Positions 63,582-64,000 of a DNA stretch of 64,000 nt are shown piece after piece. The first letter of the stretch is position 1. Each line of letters opens with the position of its first letter. Source of the stretch: a virus (lineage: Duplodnaviria > Caudoviricetes); the IMG/VR virus record IMGVR_UViG_3300028591_000122, positions 1 to 64,000 of that record. One strand, given 5' to 3'. Made by a program: the position numbers and the translations under genes. The notes below the pieces were generated by a model that saw nothing but the letters and a program-made list of their open reading frames with translations, searched no databases and had not been told where the DNA came from.

Positions 63582-64000
63582 ATGAAGTTAGTATTAGATA
63601 ACAAAACACTTGAAAAATACAATGAATACTACTTTGCTTTACACCCGAAGGCAAAGAAAGTTCCTATTGAAAAACCGTATCACCCATCAATCAATGTGTG
63701 GTTTACTAAAAAGAGAATTGAGATGAATGCTCTTAAACAAAAGTGGAAAGACTTCACTGTATGGTGGGTTAACGATTTAGGGTGTCAAGGGAAATTACTT
63801 GACAGGTTCACTATGACCATAACTATTTATTTCCCTACTAAAGCGAGACATGATTTAGATAACCAAACACCTAAATTCATTTTAGATGGATTTACCGAAG
63901 CTGGATTTATAGTCGATGATGACGAGAAACACTTGACATCATTGACTTTTAAATCTGGCTATGACAAAGAAAACCCTCGAACAGAAATTGAAATCGAGGA
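63582..64000 (+). CDS. rusA: RusA-like Holliday junction resolvase (runs off the window)
   Basis: R.DLDN..PK.ILDG...G.IVDDD...NPRTEI. Confidence 0.85.
   Translation, partial: MKLVLDNKTLEKYNEYYFALHPKAKKVPIEKPYHPSINVWFTKKRIEMNALKQKWKDFTVWWVNDLGCQGKLLDRFTMTITIYFPTKARHDLDNQTPKFILDGFTEAGFIVDDDEKHLTSLTFKSGYDKENPRTEIEIE

Noticed and set aside
1-64000. Prophage boundary or host DNA
   Set aside because: No housekeeping genes, rRNA or att-like junction were seen; the whole window reads as phage

Overview
This window is a 64 kb piece of a large AT-rich tailed phage of Bacillota (probably Clostridia/Lachnospiraceae-type hosts) with SPbeta-like gene order. No host genes were seen. Positions 1-41.2 kb are one leftward (minus-strand) early/middle block of more than 100 mostly tiny ORFs. 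It includes a primase-helicase, Gp157, a dNTP diphosphohydrolase, SSB, NinB-like, a Sak/Rad52 annealase, a tyrosine recombinase, PcfJ/PcfK, two PC4 proteins, an M28-type peptidase beside a Cys-rich protein, and a tRNA/ncRNA cluster. After a 1.2 kb non-coding strand switch, 42.4-64 kb is rightward: a YonO-like single-subunit RNA polymerase, HU, terminase, portal, head and tail genes, holin, a GH25-fold protein and RusA. Main observations: (1) Four clusters of small genes are built from a shared set of short peptide/DNA modules whose end modules contain the next gene's RBS. Recombination scars are visible, such as a 21-aa start+end fusion, a 152-bp swapped segment and stranded end modules. (2) There is an unannotated RNA layer: three non-canonical tRNA-like RNAs, one structured motif present twice (14.8 kb and 49.7 kb), and candidate anti-RBS small RNAs. 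(3) There is an orphan HicA-like gene with an ATT start, and a GH25 protein lacking its catalytic DxE. All family calls come from motifs read by eye; no searches were run.
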